Below, in pieces: positions 59,601 to 64,000 of a stretch of 64,000 nucleotides of DNA. The notes under the pieces are model-generated. The model was not told where the DNA came from. It searched no databases and worked only from the letters and a program-made list of their open reading frames with translations. The stretch is from Chrysomallon squamiferum (taxonomy: Eukaryota; Animalia; Mollusca): positions 17,918,001 to 17,982,000 of the forward strand of contig CM022673.1 in assembly GCA_012295275.1 (NCBI GenBank). The letters run 5' to 3'. The translations under genes were made by a program, and so were the position numbers. The first letter of the stretch is position 1; every line of letters starts with the position of its first letter.

Positions 59601-61792
59601 ATTTGTTTGTTTGCTTGTTTTTTCGTTTGTTTGTTAGTTGTTACTAATTTGGGAGATTGATATTATTATATTCTTTTTTTCTATTACTAGTACTGCTATG
59701 GCCACCACCACTGCAACTACTACTACCACTACTACTCCTACTACAACTACTATGTATATGTGTGTATATCGCCCAGTGACTTAGCATTATCCCAGAATGA
59801 ATAATAATAAAGAAAATAGCAGTGTTCTTTAATTAGCAAATATAGATACACACAACAGAGGAATTTCTTGGCTGACAAGTCACACACAGAAGTTTACAAG
59901 TGTAGAACTGATTTATTCACAGAGGTGTATTACATTACCTATCACACACCATACTAGTGTGTAATAACTAGTTTATCTACCATTTGAATGGGAACAAAGA
60001 AAGATAATGATTTGCAAAACGAATTAAATATAGATCAGTGTGTGGGTAATCCTGGTGTAATTATAGTATACACTGACATACACATTTAGAAAAACACACA
60101 AAAACTTTACATGGGTCACACCACAATTAAAAAACCCGGTTATCATTAATGTTAACTGTATCTTGTTCCCGTTATTTCTTGCTGAATTTTAAATATATGA
60201 CCTCTGTTTTTTATTTGTTTATTTTTTTTTAAAACAATTATGAAGACGTTTGAAAGCAATAACATTTGAAAAAGTAACAAAACATTATATGGAAAATTTT
60301 TCAAACATTTTATAATTTGGCAGCAAAAGTGATTTTATTGAAGCAGTCACTTGTGATAAAATAGGTTAACAAATCCAGGGATTAATGAAATACGGCATCT
60401 TGTGGAAATAAATATAATGTGAAATTAAAGCAGAAAATCGGTATATATCACTGACAGTAATGATAATAAGTTTATTGAAGAATAACAAAGAGTAATCATT
60501 TTAAAATACATTTTTCATAGTATATAAAAATTTTGTACTGAAAAACAATTTCTTAATGTGTTACATAATGTGATTTTTCAATAGATTAAAATAATTAAAC
60601 ATTTAAATTGATATATAAATCTGTCTCTTTTTTCACACACATATATTTTTTTTTCTTCTTCTTCTTATGTATGGAAGCCATGAATGACAACACATACCAT
60701 GCAGTTTAGACACTTATAACAGATAGCAAAAAAAAAAAAAAAAAAAAACTCTGTACAATTTAAAAACATTATATATTTTTGTTAAAATCACATACCACAA
60801 TATTTTATTTTAACTGGATTAATATTTAAACTTTTTATTTAAGTCACAAAAAGATGTTTGTTGGTGAGAATATAAAGACTTTATTGTGTTTTCAGTTCAT
60901 GTCTAACTCAAACTCTTACTGTATGTTTTAACTGATAAAGCAAAAACAAACAGTAAACAGTCTAACATAAAATATGTGAGTAGAAAGATAAGCATTTCTT
61001 TTACACTGACATCTGTTTGTCTAGTTCTGCTTTTCATGATAAATATATAAACACACACACAATAAAGATAAGAAAAGACAATATAATGAAATAATTAAAA
61101 AAAACATCTATAAAAATGTAGATATATCATTTAAAATAACAAAAATAATTCACCATTTTGAAGAGATATCAGTAGTTGTTTGTTTCTGCATATTCTGGTA
61201 AATTAATATGTTTATTTATTTAATGCAGTTTTTAAATATTTATTTTACATAAAAAAAGTTATACTTATCAGTCATGATGAACAGACACACAGTTATAACA
61301 ATTCTTTGATAAGTGTTGAAATTTGAAATCAGACACACATCAATGTGGTTCACCTGATGTAATAGTCACAAACAAACAAGTACAAGAATGTAACGTTCTG
61401 TTTATAAATGGAAATATCATTCAGTCAGTGAACTTAGAGCTGAGTGAATTCTGGTGAAATTAACTAGGTTTTTACAAATCTAATTACTTTAGTTGTGAAA
61501 TACAAAAACTGAGTAGTAATACATTTTCCTAATTAGGAAACATCCATGAAGTATGCATGCACAAAATGTTTGATTTTCTGTTCACCTCTTGTACATGTTT
61601 TTGTTTTGTGATTTCCCAGCAACTCCATCTTCCATTAATGAAAATTTGAATAATTACAGTTAGAATTTTCAACTCTGGAATATGTGTGAGATAGTCAAAT
61701 GATAATTTATTTAAACATGCTAAACAACTGAATCAGTGATTGGTATTTTTCAACCACAGATACTGGCAGAAACATACCAAAAAAAAAAAAAA

Positions 61793-61846
<54 letters not shown>

Positions 61847-61889
61847 TGAATAAATAAATAAATATGATTTAAAAAAAAATAAAAAAAAA

Positions 61890-61958
<69 letters not shown>

Positions 61959-62139
61959 TTACTCTAGATCTTTCAGAAGCAAATTTTTAAACATATTTTA
62001 CAATTTCAAAAGCCATTTCCTTCATGCATTCATTGTAAAAATATTTTAAAACTCCAGTCAAAGAGCAATGAAAGATAACCAAGCAGAACCAAGTCAAATC
62101 ACATTTTTAAGTTAATCTCACAAATATAGATGTAGTATC

Positions 62140-62472
62140 AACACAGAAAATTATTCTAGCCTCAATACTTACACAGAAAATTACTCTTGACTTATCTCAA
62201 ACACAGAAAATTACTCTTGCTGTTTCAGACCCAGAAAATTACTCTTGCTGCAGTTCAGAATTCTGAATTCTTTGCTAATCAAACTAATTTAATTCTTAAC
62301 ATTATCAAACTCAGTTGAATATGATCCAGTATAAATTCAGAAAATTACTCTTGCTGCAGTTCAGAATTCTGAATTCTTCTACTAATCAAACTAATTTAAT
62401 TCTTAACATTATCAAACTCAGTTGAATATGATCCAGTATAAATTCAGAAAATTATTCTTGCTGCAGTTCAAA
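62140..62472. repeat. 106-107 bp tandem duplication plus shorter cagaaaattactcttg repeats
   Basis: Units start at 62232, 62338 and 62445; the two full units each carry the perfect palindrome TTCAGAATTCTGAA. Confidence 0.85.
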
Positions 62473-64000
62473 CACTGAAAATAACATTTACCAATTTTTC
62501 TACTGATTAAACTCTGATTTAATCTCATCTGACTTGTATGTGATCTTTCATAAACACAGAAAATTATTCTATGAATACTTGAAACCTAGGAGTCTGTCTC
62601 ATTTCTAAAGTGACCTCTATTGATTACAAACTGATTTCTGTTTTAAAACTCAACAGTTTGTGATCTGTCATAAAAACAGAAAATTACTCACAGTTCAAAC
62701 GCTGCAAAGTATCTTTTCATTCTTATTTCTTCTATTGATAAACCTTAGACTGGTTTATAAGTCTCAAATACATGTGATGGTTTATAAATATAGAAAATTA
62801 GGCTTTCCACAGTTCAAAGTGGATGTACATTCAGGTTTTAAACTTTGGACATCTTCACTTTGAAGAAAATGACACCAAATACGATTTTGTAATTATCTAG
62901 AAAATCTAATTTGTCAGAACAGAATTCATTTGCTGAGAGACTATTTCCTTTCACCCAAAACATGTTTTCACTGTGTGGAGAATATGACACGTACAAAATG
63001 ATGAAGTTACAAAAAAAGTGAAAAAAGATGTCTGCTATTTTAATGAATATGAGATTTAGTTTGTAAGATCATTACTTCTACACAGAAAGTTCATTTGCTA
63101 CATACTCAGTTTTCCCTCTTGGGAATCAAGTTTTCTTCTTGGATTTCTTATTTTTGATGGGAATTCTTTTTGTACTAGAATGCTATTACAGCAATGAAAA
63201 CTCATATGTACAGCAAGCCATATATATATATATATATATTCATAGTGTTTGTTAAAACTATTAATATGTATATGTGAAGATAGGCAGGTGTATATGTGTG
63301 TGTATAGGATGAATGTCTATCTGTCTGACTGTTTTTTGTATATAGGATTCATATATGTATGTAAGTTATTTGTGTTTGTGTGCTTCACGTAATTAATAAT
63401 GATTATAATAATGATAATGACATTAATGACTATGATAAAAATATACAGGAATGATAATAACACCAAATTTAAACATTTTAAATATTTTTCTACTTACATC
63501 AATTTTTCAAATTTCACTTACCTCCATTTTGAAAATTTTAAAGTTCACTATCAGATCAAGAAAATGTCAAACTTTTCTTTTACTCATTTAGGACATTTTT
63601 TTTTTATGCACAGTCTCAAAAAACCTGGTAGTGTATTTGAAGTGCTGTGAAATGTTTTATTAGGACTGTATACCTGAGTGACCACTGAAAAAAGCCAGCA
63701 GACTATTTTAATGTGAAACGAACCAAAGTATGAACTTTAATAAAGTTTTCTATTGTGAAAGATCACCCATGTGTAATGTCACAGAATGGACATGTCAAAT
63801 TTACTGTTTATGACTCTTCATCAATTTCTGTATTTAGAAATATGCTAATAATAAAAAAAAAAGAATAATAGTTATGACACAGCCAAACGTTACAGATCTA
63901 TGAATGAATTATATGTTTCAATATTGTCAGTAAAGTACAAGTAAATATTACATTTCTTTTTTTGACTAAAAAAATTACAAATAAAAATATAAATTATATT

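Noticed and set aside
57000-64000. Search for further genes, tRNAs or snoRNAs in the right end of the window
   Set aside because: No recognisable coding exon, cloverleaf or box C/D or H/ACA structure found by eye; small exons could have been missed.

Overview
AT-rich, microsatellite-dense animal genomic DNA with GT-AG introns, probably a mollusc (gastropod by inference from SINE-like remnants; not provable here). Four spliced genes were reconstructed by hand with consistent intron phases: (1) TMEM167A/kish (minus, 4 exons, 72 aa), head-to-head with (2) XRCC4 (plus, 11 coding exons, ~343 aa); (3) an atypical Gyc-88E/89D-like soluble guanylate cyclase (minus, >=12 coding exons, ~746 aa from MYG) with an O2-type H-NOX domain, a degenerate catalytic site and a Cys-rich tail; (4) a secreted fibrinogen-related (FReD) gene nested antisense in a cyclase intron. 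A deleted Tigger/pogo transposon, SINE-like remnants, an inverted dispersed repeat pair and many minisatellites are also present. The most striking structure is a series of tandem arrays anchored at splice sites, above all ~21 tandem copies of the XRCC4 last-exon 3' splice site. The right-hand ~24 kb is essentially non-coding, apart from a candidate distal first exon of the cyclase. Nearly all other ORF-track entries are translations of microsatellites.
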